Assembly (NCBI GenBank): GCA_963739305.1
Contig: CAVTZU010000018.1
Span: 85,682-149,681 of the forward strand
Length of the DNA: 64,000 bases
Direction: 5' to 3'
Source of the DNA: Candidatus Bathyarchaeota archaeon
Lineage (GTDB): Archaea > Thermoproteota > Bathyarchaeia > Bathyarchaeales > Bathycorpusculaceae
Under the pieces are notes generated by a model. It saw only the letters and a program-made list of their open reading frames with translations, was not told the DNA's origin and searched no databases. Shown here piece after piece: positions 1 to 10,569 of the stretch (positions within the stretch are counted from its first letter, which is position 1; every line of letters starts with the position of its first letter). The translations under genes and the position numbers were made by a program.

Positions 1-654
1 ATCGCTTTCTGGGCTCACTTGTTTGCTTCCTTGGACGTGTGTTGGAAGGAATGGTCCTTTTAGAAATCCATGAAGAACCACTGCGAATACATCGTTTCGT
101 ATTGCTTTTTCATCAGAATCCATGATTTCCAAGTCAGTGATTTGTGCTTGTCCTCGGGAACAGGCTAGAACTACTTCAACAGCATCTAAGGGGTTCACGG
201 CAAAGATGCCGCTGTACATCTTCACGCCTGAAGGAACGCCGATCACAGGAAGTTGACCGCTTTTCTGCATTACGTCATAAATGTCCCTGGCAGTGCCGTC
301 ACCACCTACGAAGACTATCAAATCGACTTTGGCTGCAGTCAGAAGAACCACCGCGGTCTTCGTGTCGCTTGCGGTTGTCTCTTCTTTAGTTTTCATCGGC
401 AGAACCTTGACTGGAAAGCCAGACTGTGCTGCCTCTTCTTCACCCATTTTTCCTGGGCAAGTGAGTATTTCAATAGTTTCGTTCGTAATGTTCCGCTTCA
501 AGCCCCTTAGGAATTCTACTGCCCTGTTTGGGGCCACGGGTTGGGCTCCTCTGGCTATTGCTTCTTTCAGCACGTTGTCCGTTCCCTTCAAGCCGACTTT
601 GCCGCCCATACCCGCGATTGGGTTGACGATGAAGCCGATAATCATTGTTTTCAC
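1..654 (-). CDS. ATP-NAD kinase / AcoX-like family protein (3' end outside window)
   Basis: Not in ORF track. Manual translation from GTG 654 gives GFIVNPIAGMGGKVGLKGTD...FVGGDGTARD...GVPSGVKMYSG, open to position 1. Confidence 0.85.
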   Translation of the reverse strand, partial: MKTMIIGFIVNPIAGMGGKVGLKGTDNVLKEAIARGAQPVAPNRAVEFLRGLKRNITNETIEILTCPGKMGEEEAAQSGFPVKVLPMKTKEETTASDTKTAVVLLTAAKVDLIVFVGGDGTARDIYDVMQKSGQLPVIGVPSGVKMYSGIFAVNPLDAVEVVLACSRGQAQITDLEIMDSDEKAIRNDVFAVVLHGFLKGPFLPTHVQGSKQVSPESD

Positions 655-806
655 TAGCAAGATTTGCTGGGTAAGCTATAAACCATTTTTGAAGCTGATC
701 CAAAGGAGAACAACATAAGATTCGTTTCCAAACCTGAAAAATCTTATATTCCGAATTCTCAGACCCATGCCTAAATAGGAGATGATGATTGGTGCCTCCG
801 AAAAAG

Positions 807-1769
807 ATGGGCAAAATTCTTGTAACTGGCTCCACTGGCCAGATTGGTTCCGAACTCACGTTGGCTTTGCGGAAAAAGTATGGCGGTGACAATGTCGTCG
901 CGGTTGGGCATCAGAGAAAGCCCAGCGATAAACTGTTGAATTCCGGGCCTTTTGAAACCGTTGACGTCGGCAAAAAAGAAAGCATTGCGCGGGTTATCGA
1001 GAAACATGGCATCGACACGATTTATCATTTGGCGGCTCTTCTTTCCGCAACTGGAGAGCAGAACCCTCAGCTTGCCTGGAATCTCAACATGGGGAGCCTT
1101 TACAACGTTCTTGAACTCGCAAGGGAACGTGGGTTGACTCGAGTTTTCTGGCCGAGCTCAATCGCAGTCTTTGGACCCACCACTCCTCGGGACAAGACCC
1201 CACAGGAGACAGTCATGCTGCCTGGAACGATGTACGGAGTAACGAAAGTGGCTGGTGAGCTTCTTTGCAACTATTACTCGGTCAAATATGGTGTCGATGT
1301 GCGTGGTCTAAGATATCCTGGCATTATTAGCAGTGAGACTCCTCCTGGCGGGGGCACGACGGATTATGCCGTTGAGATATATTATGAAGCTATCAGGAAA
1401 AAGCGGTACACGTGTTTTGTAAGAGAAGACACGGTGTTACCGATGATGTATATGCCCGATTGTCTCAAATCTACGATAGATTTGATGGAAGCTGACCCAT
1501 CGAAAGTCAAGAGGCACGACAGCTATAACGTTGCAGGAATGAGCTTTTCAGCGGGAGAACTCGCTGCAGAAATCAGGAAACATATTCCGGAGTTCAAGTG
1601 CGACTACAAACCCGATTTCAGGCAGAAGATTGCAGATTCATGGCCCATGTCGATCGATGACACTCAAGCGCGCAAGGACTGGGATTGGAAGCCCACTTAT
1701 GATTTGGCCGCGATGACAAAGGACATGATTCAGAAACTGTCGAAGAGATTTGCTGAGGGAAAGCTCTAG
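807..1769 (+). CDS. tdh: L-threonine 3-dehydrogenase (extended SDR / epimerase type)
   Basis: GSTGQIG, YGVTK and GGGTTDYA motifs; adjacent to kbl. Confidence 0.88.
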   Translation: MGKILVTGSTGQIGSELTLALRKKYGGDNVVAVGHQRKPSDKLLNSGPFETVDVGKKESIARVIEKHGIDTIYHLAALLSATGEQNPQLAWNLNMGSLYNVLELARERGLTRVFWPSSIAVFGPTTPRDKTPQETVMLPGTMYGVTKVAGELLCNYYSVKYGVDVRGLRYPGIISSETPPGGGTTDYAVEIYYEAIRKKRYTCFVREDTVLPMMYMPDCLKSTIDLMEADPSKVKRHDSYNVAGMSFSAGELAAEIRKHIPEFKCDYKPDFRQKIADSWPMSIDDTQARKDWDWKPTYDLAAMTKDMIQKLSKRFAEGKL

Positions 1770-1839
1770 AATCAAGCTAAGGAGCAAGAAAGAGTTAAGA
1801 GAAAGGGCGTAAGAATAGAGCCAAAAGGAGTATGGCAAA

Positions 1840-3033
1840 GTGAGAAACCCCACTTCATTCTTGCGAGAAGAATACGAAGCCTTAGTGAAGAGCGAGCTTG
1901 ACTGGAGAATCCGCGTGTTGCAGGGTCCGAGCACTCCCTGGTGCAACGTTGACGGCAAGAAGGTCTTGATGTTCTGCTCGAACAATTACCTAAGCCTCAG
2001 CAACCATCCGAAATTGAAAGAAGCGGCGATCAAAGCCGTTCAGACCCACGGTGCAGGTTCAGGTTCAGTTCGTCCCATCGCCGGAACAATGGACATCCAC
2101 ATTGAACTTGAGAAACGACTTGCAAAGTTCAAGCATGCAGAGGCTTCACTGGTTTATCAAACAGGCTTTGCGGCGAACGCAGGACTCATCCCTCAACTTG
2201 TGGGAAAAGAGGACCTGATCATAAGCGATGAGCTTAACCACGGCAGCATCATCGACGGCGTACGGCTAGCTCACGGTGAACGAGCGGTCTACAAACACTC
2301 AGACATGGCAGATTTGGATCGCGTCTTGAAAGAAGCAGAAAAGCACAACCCGCCTTATAGGCGAATTCTGATAATCACTGATGGTGTTTTCTCGATGGAC
2401 GGAGACATTGCTCCGCTTGATCAAGTAGCAAAACTCGGCGCTGAACACGGATGCATGGTGTACGTTGACGATGCTCACGGCGAGGGAGTCCTCGGCGAGG
2501 GCGGAAGAGGCATCGTTTCACACTTCAAGCTCACACGAGACAAAGTGCAAGTTGAAATGGGCACTTTTTCGAAAGCCTTCGGAGTCGTGGGAGGCCACGT
2601 TTCAGGCTCCAAAGATCTGGTCAACTTTGCTTATAACAAGTCGCGCACTTGGCTTCTGAGTGGGTCACACCCCCCTGCAGTTGCCGCGGCTTGCACGGCA
2701 GCCATAGACGTTCTGGAAAATGAACCTCAACACGTGAAGACGCTGTGGGATCACACTCGCTACTTCAAGAAAGTAATGAAAGACTTAGGCTTCAACATCG
2801 GCAACAGCGAAACCCCAATCACACCCGTAATCGTGGGTGAAAGCGGCATAGCCAAGAAACTGAGCGCAAGACTCTTCGAGGAAGGAGTGTTCGCGTTACC
2901 GATCGTGTTTCCAATGGTAGCCAGGGACAAGGCCAGAATCAGAACGATAATGAACGCTGCCTTAACCAGAAAAGACTTGGACTTCGCCATAAGCGCTTTC
3001 GAAAAGATTGGAAAAGAGCTACACATAATCTAG
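1840..3033 (+). CDS. kbl: Glycine C-acetyltransferase (2-amino-3-ketobutyrate CoA ligase)
   Basis: FCSNNYL, DELNHGSIIDG, DGVFSMDGD, DDAHG and GTFSKA (PLP lysine). Confidence 0.9.
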   Translation: MRNPTSFLREEYEALVKSELDWRIRVLQGPSTPWCNVDGKKVLMFCSNNYLSLSNHPKLKEAAIKAVQTHGAGSGSVRPIAGTMDIHIELEKRLAKFKHAEASLVYQTGFAANAGLIPQLVGKEDLIISDELNHGSIIDGVRLAHGERAVYKHSDMADLDRVLKEAEKHNPPYRRILIITDGVFSMDGDIAPLDQVAKLGAEHGCMVYVDDAHGEGVLGEGGRGIVSHFKLTRDKVQVEMGTFSKAFGVVGGHVSGSKDLVNFAYNKSRTWLLSGSHPPAVAAACTAAIDVLENEPQHVKTLWDHTRYFKKVMKDLGFNIGNSETPITPVIVGESGIAKKLSARLFEEGVFALPIVFPMVARDKARIRTIMNAALTRKDLDFAISAFEKIGKELHII

Positions 3034-3173
3034 ACTGAAATCCAATCCTCTTAGCTTTTCTACCAATCTCAGCTGTCATTTGATGCTTCAAAAGGATCCC
3101 AGAAACAAGACGAAACAATGGTGAAGAAACTACCGGCCGAGTTCAAAGCTTCACTTCCCATATGAGACACAAA

Positions 3174-3289
3174 GAGTCAACATGGCTTTCAGCAACTTTT
3201 CCACCTAAAGAACTGGCTTCACCGCCGTTCAAAGCCATTCCAAAGGTACTCCGCACGAAAAAAAGGTAGGGGGGTAGGGTGTTTTAGAG
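3174..3289 (+). repeat. 116-bp dispersed repeat, copy A (inverted relative to 24002..24117)
   Basis: Ungapped match to the reverse complement of 24002..24117; 11 mismatches counted by hand. Confidence 0.92.
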
Positions 3290-3332
3290 CTGTTTATCAC
3301 TCATAATCCATGTTGAGTAGGCCCTTTTTAGC

Positions 3333-5207
3333 TTAAGCCTGTCTCTTCCTCACTTTTTCCAACGCTTTATCAACGTCTCTTAACCCTAGCTTCACCAGCA
3401 TCTCCGAAGACGGCACACCGTTCCTGTCCCAACCCACAGCTCTATAGTACCTGTGCTTGTACTTCTCCACCGCCTTCCTGTCCGTCGTCTTACCCTTCTC
3501 AGGCCCAGAAGGCAAGGGCTCATAAAACCTCGGCGGGTTAACATCATCAACCCTCGAATCCCACGTGACATCCGGACCGCCCAGCAGCAACAACGCTCTC
3601 TGAAGCTGCAGCGTCTTCAACCCCCTCATATTGCACCACTCCTTCCGAGTCAACCTCACCCCGGTCACGGCAAAATAGAAATCAAAAATCGCGTTCCTCG
3701 AACCCGAAAAACTGTTGAAGCTACAGAAAACACCCGAATCATTCAATATCTCCATCAACTCGCTCCTGTCCAAGGGCAACCCGGTTAACGACGTGTGATC
3801 CCCACCCTGCACTCCGCACGCGTAAGAAACTATCTCAGGAAAATCCTTCCCGCTCCGCGTCCCATGCGCACCGATGCTTATCCCCTTAGAATGCACGACG
3901 TACGGCAACAAATTCATCTTCTTCATCTCCCCAAGCTTCAGTGCCGCACGATACGTTCCCTCAGCCAACACGTCCCCTATACCTTGCCTGAAAGCGATCT
4001 TCTTCGCCAGGGCAGCAAACGCATCAGTATTGCCCCACTCAAGCCTCAACCCATCAACGTCTTTCTCCTTCAATATTCCCCGTTGAAAAAGCTCAGCTGC
4101 AAACCCCATCACACTGCCCGTTTGAATACCACACAGCCCCAGGTCATCAACCAGAGACGTCAAATACACGTTGTCCTCAGGAACAAAAATGCCCAAGTTA
4201 GCCCCCAAATACGCCTGCATCTCATAATCCGGGTTATCCGTTATCGCACCCTTGTACTTCCCACTGTTTACAACAGCAAGCTTCAAACAAGTGGTCGGAC
4301 AACCAAAATCCCCCCAGTACTGCTTCATCCAAAAGCGATTCTCAAACTTGTCAACTCCATAACCCCTCTCATCATGCCACTCCTCTTGCCAATTCCGCAC
4401 CGGCTCCGAACTGCTATTAGCCCCAAAAGAATAACCGCCGCCACCTGTTCCCCAACGCCTCCACATCTCACTCTCATACACTCCCCTGCACACGCTCTTG
4501 ATCAACCTCTTAACCTTCCCCATGTCCGCCGCTTCAGGCAAAGGACCCGTCCCCTTAACCACCACAGCCTTCAATCGTTTAGAACCCATAACCGCCCCAT
4601 AACCACCGTAACCCGCAGCATGCGACCACTTCGTCATAACGACAGCCGTACGCACCTTGTTCTCACCCGCAGGACCAACGTAAAGCATCGCCGGTTCCTT
4701 CCACTCTCCAAATCGCTTGTACCGCTCGTTCAGAAGCCCCCTGCACTCCTTCGTCAAGACGGCAACGGTCTGCTTCCCATCGTTCCCCCAAACATGACTC
4801 GCATCCCGAAGCTCAACGTCAGAATCCTTAACCATCAAATAAACAGGCTTTTCCGACTCACCGCTAACGATCACGCCGTCATAACCAGCACACCTCAACT
4901 CAACACCAAACTCGCCGGAAAGAGTGGAACCAACAACACCATTGCTCTGCGGAGACTTACCAGACACGCAGGTTCTACCGCCAGGGAAGTAACCCGTGAG
5001 CGGCCCAGTCAAGAATAGTAGAACATTCTCAGGCCCAAGAGGGTCCACTTTCTCCCATCTACTACCCAACCTGTCCCACAGGATCTTTGTGGCTAACCCT
5101 CTGCCCCCAACATAATCCCTCAAGACCTCGTCCTTAAACCTCGTCTCCTTAATCGCTCCATAAGCAAGGTCCACATCAAGAAACTTGCCAGCATAACCAC
5201 GAATCAC
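3333..5207 (-). CDS. Tungsten-dependent aldehyde:ferredoxin oxidoreductase family protein
   Basis: YVGGRGL, GPAGEN, GAVMGSKRLKA, GCPTTC, PDYE and YYRAVGWD..GVP motifs. Confidence 0.9.
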   Translation of the reverse strand: MIRGYAGKFLDVDLAYGAIKETRFKDEVLRDYVGGRGLATKILWDRLGSRWEKVDPLGPENVLLFLTGPLTGYFPGGRTCVSGKSPQSNGVVGSTLSGEFGVELRCAGYDGVIVSGESEKPVYLMVKDSDVELRDASHVWGNDGKQTVAVLTKECRGLLNERYKRFGEWKEPAMLYVGPAGENKVRTAVVMTKWSHAAGYGGYGAVMGSKRLKAVVVKGTGPLPEAADMGKVKRLIKSVCRGVYESEMWRRWGTGGGGYSFGANSSSEPVRNWQEEWHDERGYGVDKFENRFWMKQYWGDFGCPTTCLKLAVVNSGKYKGAITDNPDYEMQAYLGANLGIFVPEDNVYLTSLVDDLGLCGIQTGSVMGFAAELFQRGILKEKDVDGLRLEWGNTDAFAALAKKIAFRQGIGDVLAEGTYRAALKLGEMKKMNLLPYVVHSKGISIGAHGTRSGKDFPEIVSYACGVQGGDHTSLTGLPLDRSELMEILNDSGVFCSFNSFSGSRNAIFDFYFAVTGVRLTRKEWCNMRGLKTLQLQRALLLLGGPDVTWDSRVDDVNPPRFYEPLPSGPEKGKTTDRKAVEKYKHRYYRAVGWDRNGVPSSEMLVKLGLRDVDKALEKVRKRQA

Positions 5208-5734
5208 AGATACTCCTCCCCCTGATCGCCGTAGAACCTCGCAGCCAAATCCCTCGTCACCTCATCCGGCTTACGAGCATACAGCCGATACGACGTCTCA
5301 TCCCGTCTTTCCACGACTCGTAACACGTTCCAACTGCCCTCTCGACAAACTTTTACACACTGCGGATCACCACCACAAAGATCACATATGACAATATGCT
5401 TCTCCTTCGGATGCATATGCGGAATCCTGCCAGGACAAGCATCAATACACTTGCCACAGGCAATACACTTTTCATTATTCACCAGCACGGCAGCCGTCCT
5501 CTTGCTAACAGACAAGGCCTCAACAGGACACGACTTCACACACGGATAATCTTCACACTGCGTACAAAAGTGAGGAAACTCAAGCCCCGGAACCAACATG
5601 AAAACCCTTATCATCGACGCGTCAGGCCACACACGGTTCTCATGATACAACGAACAAGCTATCTCGCACTTTCTGCAGCCGCTGCACCTGGCCAACTCTC
5701 TCGCTATCCAAATGGCCTCTCTCTTCGCCGTCAA
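5204..5734 (-). CDS. 4Fe-4S dicluster (polyferredoxin) partner of AOR
   Basis: Several CxxCxxC / CP clusters; overlaps the AOR start. Confidence 0.88.
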   Translation of the reverse strand: MTAKREAIWIARELARCSGCRKCEIACSLYHENRVWPDASMIRVFMLVPGLEFPHFCTQCEDYPCVKSCPVEALSVSKRTAAVLVNNEKCIACGKCIDACPGRIPHMHPKEKHIVICDLCGGDPQCVKVCREGSWNVLRVVERRDETSYRLYARKPDEVTRDLAARFYGDQGEEYL

Positions 5735-5858
5735 CGCTCAAACCCCCGAACGTTCAGCTTTTTCTAACATACCCTCTGATTTAAGTTTGATGCCCACGAA
5801 TTCATTCTGAAGAGTTTCTAGCTGAAGAGACGTTACCTAAACGATTCGAGCTTATTAG

Positions 5859-6476
5859 TTGGGTTTGTTAACAAAAGGTTCGGGGCGCACCGGACTGGAG
5901 TACATTCTCGAAGTTCTAACCATTCTCACAACGTCCTTCTTACTCAACATAATACCTTTTGCCGGACCATCAAACCTCTTCATAGCCTCAAGCGCAGCTG
6001 CCGTAACCAACGCTGAACCCTTCACAATCGGATTGGCTGTGGCGTTCGGATCAGCCTCAGCAAAGTTCATTCATTACATCGTAACATTCTTTGCGGGAAA
6101 ATACATCGGTAAAGAACGAAGAAAACGATTGGACGCAGCAGCCCTAAAACTAAGAAAATGGGCTATGCCTGCTCTCTTCATAGTTGCTGCAACGCCCCTC
6201 CCAGATGAACCTGTGATCATACCGCTTGGTCTTCTGAGATACAACCCTGGGAAACTCTTCTTGGCCTATTTCGCGGGCAAACTGCTCGTAGGAGTCGTCG
6301 GTGCCTACCTCGGAAAATTTGCACACGAAATGTTCAGGCCAATCATAAGCGATGAAGCCTTAATAATCATCTCCATCGCAGCCACAATCATAGTGACAAT
6401 CATACTGCTAAAGATCGACGTCACAAAACTGGCTGAAAGGATACTTAAAAGGAAAATAGAAACAATACCAGAATAG
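5859..6476 (+). CDS. VTT/DedA-like membrane protein
   Basis: Hydrophobic; AATPLPDE..IPLG motif. Start uncertain. Confidence 0.7.
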   Translation: MGLLTKGSGRTGLEYILEVLTILTTSFLLNIIPFAGPSNLFIASSAAAVTNAEPFTIGLAVAFGSASAKFIHYIVTFFAGKYIGKERRKRLDAAALKLRKWAMPALFIVAATPLPDEPVIIPLGLLRYNPGKLFLAYFAGKLLVGVVGAYLGKFAHEMFRPIISDEALIIISIAATIIVTIILLKIDVTKLAERILKRKIETIPE

Positions 6477-6485
6477 GTGGGATAA

Positions 6486-7775
6486 ATGAGAATAATAGCT
6501 GATCTGCACATACACGGACCCTACAGTCGAGGTACCAGTGAACGAATGTGCCTCGAAGAAATCGCTCGATTCGCCAGAATCAAGGGCTTGTCTATCATTG
6601 GAACAGGAGACTTCACTCACCCTAAATGGTATAATGAACTGAAAAACAAGCTTGTCCTGGACCCCGAAACAAGTCTCTACAGACTCAGCGTTGACCCTGC
6701 AACGCCCATCCGCTTCATGATAACAACAGAAGTCAACACGGCCTTCTCCCATAACAACGAACTAAAAAAAGTCCACCACGTCATCCTCACGCCAAACCTT
6801 GAAACCGCAGATCAAATCAACTACAGACTGTCCAAATACGGAAATCTACAGGCAGACGGACGGCCAACACTGAACGTTACGCCGCCTACGCTGGTTGAAG
6901 AAGTCATGGAAACGTCAAAGGACAACATGATATTTCCAGCTCACGCATGGACCCCCTGGTTCAGCATATTCGGTGCCTTCAGCGGGTTCGACGGCGTTGA
7001 AGATTGCTATGAAGACATGACCAAACACATCCACGCTTTGGAGACTGGTCTCTCGTCAGATCCACCTATGAACTGGCGTGTCAGCAAACTCGATAAGTTC
7101 ACTCTTGTCTCAAACAGCGACAGTCACAGTTTCTGGCCTTGGCGCATCGGCAGAGAGGCTAACGTGTTCGAACTGAAAAAACCCACATACGGGGAAATCA
7201 TTGAGTCCATTCGAATGAAGGACAGTAGCCGCTTCAAATTCACGATAGAAACAGATCCGGCTTATGGCAAGTACCATTGGACTGGACACAGAAACTGCAA
7301 TGTCGCCCTTTCAGCCAAAGATGCAATGAAGTTCGCCAACATTTGTCCCGTCTGCCGCAGAAGGCTCACAAAAGGCGTCGAACAGCGAGTCGAAGAACTC
7401 GCTGATCGCCCCAACGACTACAGACCCAACAACACGATTGGTTGCATGCATCTCCTGCCGCTATCGGAGATCATTGCAGCAGTTCAGGGAAGCGATTCTC
7501 CCTCAACTCAAAAAATCTGGAACTTATATAATTCGCTGATCCAAAAGTTTGGTGACGAATATAGGGTCCTGATTGACGCGCCAAAAGAAGCAATAAGCTC
7601 CATTGTAGACGAGTGTATCGCCGAGACAATCCTCAGGGTTCGACAACGAACAGCCGAGGTTATCCCGGGGTATGATGGCGTCTACGGAAAACTTGTCGTT
7701 CCATCGCAATTCGCTCAACCCAAAACTGTTTCCCGAAGAGTACAACAGTTAAACCTTACCGACTTCGCTTCGTAG
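6486..7775 (+). CDS. Endonuclease Q family (PHP domain + Zn ribbon)
   Basis: DLHIH, GTGDFTHP, PAHAWTPW, ETGLSSD, SNSDSHS, GKYH, CPVC and PGYDGVYG motifs. Confidence 0.88.
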   Translation: MRIIADLHIHGPYSRGTSERMCLEEIARFARIKGLSIIGTGDFTHPKWYNELKNKLVLDPETSLYRLSVDPATPIRFMITTEVNTAFSHNNELKKVHHVILTPNLETADQINYRLSKYGNLQADGRPTLNVTPPTLVEEVMETSKDNMIFPAHAWTPWFSIFGAFSGFDGVEDCYEDMTKHIHALETGLSSDPPMNWRVSKLDKFTLVSNSDSHSFWPWRIGREANVFELKKPTYGEIIESIRMKDSSRFKFTIETDPAYGKYHWTGHRNCNVALSAKDAMKFANICPVCRRRLTKGVEQRVEELADRPNDYRPNNTIGCMHLLPLSEIIAAVQGSDSPSTQKIWNLYNSLIQKFGDEYRVLIDAPKEAISSIVDECIAETILRVRQRTAEVIPGYDGVYGKLVVPSQFAQPKTVSRRVQQLNLTDFAS

Positions 7776-7866
7776 CCTCTTCATCATGCCTTTTCTGTAT
7801 ACCTGCTATGCAAGTGTACAAGAACGCTTATTAAGTCGTGATAAACCAGATAGTCTCGGTAATCCG

Positions 7867-8193
7867 ATGCAGCAATCAAAAGCCACAGACGACAAAGTCA
7901 CGAAAATCATCGATCACGTTCTAACCCAGATATTTGGAAAAGAAGCTTCGGCTCTCATCTACAAACACCTCGAGCGCAAATACTCGGTCAAGCGTTCCGA
8001 AGTCGGAGACAAACTCGAACTCTTCGCAGAAGGTCTTGAGGATTTTCTGAAGTCCGGTGCCTACGTCATTGAGAGGAAAATACTAGAAGACATCTGGTCA
8101 AACTATGGTGCCGTTCAGAGACTTCAAATGGAAAAACCGAGACGTGAAGGAAGTTTTGCAAGTGAAGTTAAAGTTCTTTTGAGGGAAGCATAA
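7867..8193 (+). CDS. Small archaeal hypothetical protein (DUF3227-like)
   Basis: LTQIFG..A..IY..L and F..GL...L.SGA.VIE..I pattern. Confidence 0.6.
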   Translation: MQQSKATDDKVTKIIDHVLTQIFGKEASALIYKHLERKYSVKRSEVGDKLELFAEGLEDFLKSGAYVIERKILEDIWSNYGAVQRLQMEKPRREGSFASEVKVLLREA

Positions 8194-8348
8194 CTAAACC
8201 TCTCGTTTTACGAGACAAGTTACATCAACATTATGTCTTCCTAGTTTTCATTTGCACAATGAACTTCCCGACAGACTACTCATTGGATAGTGATTGCAGA
8301 AAACCTTAAACTTATCGGAAAACAAATAACTCGGGCCTTTATTACAGC

Positions 8349-9308
8349 ATGGAGAAGGCGCAAAGCTTGGGTGCGAAAGGAATCAAGGAAGCATTGCTGA
8401 AGTACAATACACCTCGGAGAATAGTCCAACTGCTATCATTCATCTTATTCAGCGCAATTATCTTCAATCTCGGCGTGTTACCACTTCTGTTTCCTGTCCT
8501 TTGGACGTGGGGTCTCAGGACGAACACAGTTGGAGATGCCTTCACGGCAATTCAATTCATGTTCAGCGGATGGAACTCTGCCTTCGTTTTGTTTCCTTGG
8601 ATAGCACTCGCTTCATTTCTAATAGTCGGCGTACTTGTCGGCAAGTCACTCTGTGGGTGGGTGTGCCCTTTCGGTTTTGTTCAAGATTTAGTCGGCTATG
8701 TCCGTCGGAAGCAGACTGACCTGTCAGCTCGTACACACGACACTTTAGTCTATGGGAAATATGTTGTTTTAGCCATCGCCCTGTTTATCAGTGTGACTTA
8801 CTCGGCTGCAAGGTCAATCGGTGAAGACGCCGGATACGGACAGGCAATAGGCATTTTCGCTCAGGCTCCATTTACGGCTTTGAGCCCATCAGAAGTTCTA
8901 TTCTCAACTCTGCCAAAAATGGCTCAAGGCTTTCGTTTTTCAGGGTGGGAGAACTTGGGATCAGACCTGTTGTATGGAGTTTCGATTTTGCCACCGCTCT
9001 TCTGGGTTCAGTTCGCGATAATGGTAATCGTGCTGGTTTTTGCAGTTTATGTTCCTAGAAGTTGGTGCAGGTATCTATGCCCACACGGAGCTTTTATGGC
9101 GATAATGAACAGGTTCAGCTTCGTGGGTTTGCGTCGAGAGCCATTCAAGTGTGAGAAGGGCGCATGCCGTTCGTGTGTTCAGGTGTGCCCGACTCGCGTT
9201 CCAATTCTCGATCTTCCATGGGAAAAATTCAGTCACCCGGAATGCATCTACTGCATGAAATGCGCGGACGCATGCCCTCACAGCGCAATCAAGCCAACGT
9301 ATCCTTGA
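8349..9308 (+). CDS. Membrane 4Fe-4S binding protein (NapH/MauN-like)
   Basis: CGWVCPFG, WCRYLCPHG and C-terminal 2x[4Fe-4S] motifs. Confidence 0.85.
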   Translation: MEKAQSLGAKGIKEALLKYNTPRRIVQLLSFILFSAIIFNLGVLPLLFPVLWTWGLRTNTVGDAFTAIQFMFSGWNSAFVLFPWIALASFLIVGVLVGKSLCGWVCPFGFVQDLVGYVRRKQTDLSARTHDTLVYGKYVVLAIALFISVTYSAARSIGEDAGYGQAIGIFAQAPFTALSPSEVLFSTLPKMAQGFRFSGWENLGSDLLYGVSILPPLFWVQFAIMVIVLVFAVYVPRSWCRYLCPHGAFMAIMNRFSFVGLRREPFKCEKGACRSCVQVCPTRVPILDLPWEKFSHPECIYCMKCADACPHSAIKPTYP

Positions 9309-9324
9309 CTTTTTGGCACTTTTT

Positions 9325-10569
9325 TCAACCCCTCTTTGGAGCCCAGAAACTTTTTGAATATTCAGTGAGGACAGCTGTGTAAATGTCTTCAGTTTGTTGG
9401 GCGATCTTGACCCAGTTATATTTTTCCTGGATTTTCTTGTAGGCGTTGTCTCTCAAACGGTTCGCGTTTTTCTCATCGGTCAATACTCGAATTATTCCCC
9501 ATGCCAGTGAATCAGGATTACCAGTGTAAACTTTCACGCCGTCTACGTCGTGGTCCACTATCTCTGCCAGACCACCCGTGTCGGAAACTACGACGGGACT
9601 TCGTCCTGCCATTGCTTCGAGTGCAACAATGCCGAAGGGCTCAAAGAGAGAGGGCACGACAGAGACGTTGGCACATGTCTGAAGTCTTCTAAGCGTATCA
9701 TCATCAACGAACCCAGTGAATAAGACCTTCTGAGATATTCCCAGATTCTTGACGAGGCCTGAAAGCTGTTCTTTCATGTAGCCATTGCCCACGATTATGA
9801 ATTTGGCGTCTATTTTATCCAGAACTTTTGGAATCGCATTGACCAGCACCTGGACTCCTTTTTCGTAGACCAGTCTGCCCACAAATAGGACGATCTCTTC
9901 ACTGGGTAGTGCAAATTTGCTTCTGAACGGACCTAAGTCTTCATTTTGGATTTGTGCGTAAACATCGGTGTTAACACCGTTTGGTATCATGACTTGCTTG
10001 TCTCCGGGGAGGCCAAAAGCCCAACGAACGTGTGAAACCATGTAGTCACTGCAGCATATCACCTTCCATGCTTCATAGGTTAGCCATGCTTCTGTTTCAT
10101 GGATCATTCTTTCATAGTCAAAATGAATTCCATTCCTCCGTCCGATCTCAGTAGAATGCATCGTCACGAAGAGTGGTTTCCTGAAAACATGTTTTAGCCC
10201 AATTCCTGCGGTTGCAACAAGCCAGTCATGAGCATGCACAACGTCAACATCTCCACCTAAATTCGCGATTATAGCTGCAGCTTCTTTCTGCATGTTTACG
10301 TTCATTAGATAAACCCAAGTAGCGAAGTCAGGCGACGGATTCTTGTAAGAATCTATTCGGAACACCTCAACTCCGTCCAGAATTTCATGTGGCGGTGCTC
10401 CTGGAAAATCACAGGTCACTACGTAGACTTTGACCCCTTTTCGTACTAGACTTCTCGACAAGTAGTAAACATGCGGAGATATCCCTCCGATAATTCTCGG
10501 GGGAAACTCCCACGTGAGCATCATCACGCTCAAATCATTGTGAATCATGTGTTTTGCCCTCCGCGACAT
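9325..10569 (-). CDS. Glycosyltransferase family 4
   Basis: WEFPPRIIGG, HAHDW, FVGRLVYEKG and EPFGIVALE motifs. True start may be slightly downstream. Confidence 0.88.
   Translation of the reverse strand: MSRRAKHMIHNDLSVMMLTWEFPPRIIGGISPHVYYLSRSLVRKGVKVYVVTCDFPGAPPHEILDGVEVFRIDSYKNPSPDFATWVYLMNVNMQKEAAAIIANLGGDVDVVHAHDWLVATAGIGLKHVFRKPLFVTMHSTEIGRRNGIHFDYERMIHETEAWLTYEAWKVICCSDYMVSHVRWAFGLPGDKQVMIPNGVNTDVYAQIQNEDLGPFRSKFALPSEEIVLFVGRLVYEKGVQVLVNAIPKVLDKIDAKFIIVGNGYMKEQLSGLVKNLGISQKVLFTGFVDDDTLRRLQTCANVSVVPSLFEPFGIVALEAMAGRSPVVVSDTGGLAEIVDHDVDGVKVYTGNPDSLAWGIIRVLTDEKNANRLRDNAYKKIQEKYNWVKIAQQTEDIYTAVLTEYSKSFWAPKRG

Noticed and set aside
3230-3280. The G-string in the repeat as an archaeal ORB (replication origin)
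   Set aside because: It lacks a convincing TCCA..GAAAC ORB core, and no orc1/cdc6 gene is nearby.
3281-3293. GTTTTAGAGCTGT resembles the start of a type II CRISPR repeat
   Set aside because: No repeat-spacer periodicity and no cas genes; it is the end of the 116-bp repeat.
3795-5018. Long alternative ORFs (407 aa here; also 21915..22715 and 49098..50036)
   Set aside because: Shadow frames of real genes, kept open by the extreme local base skew; their composition is not protein-like.
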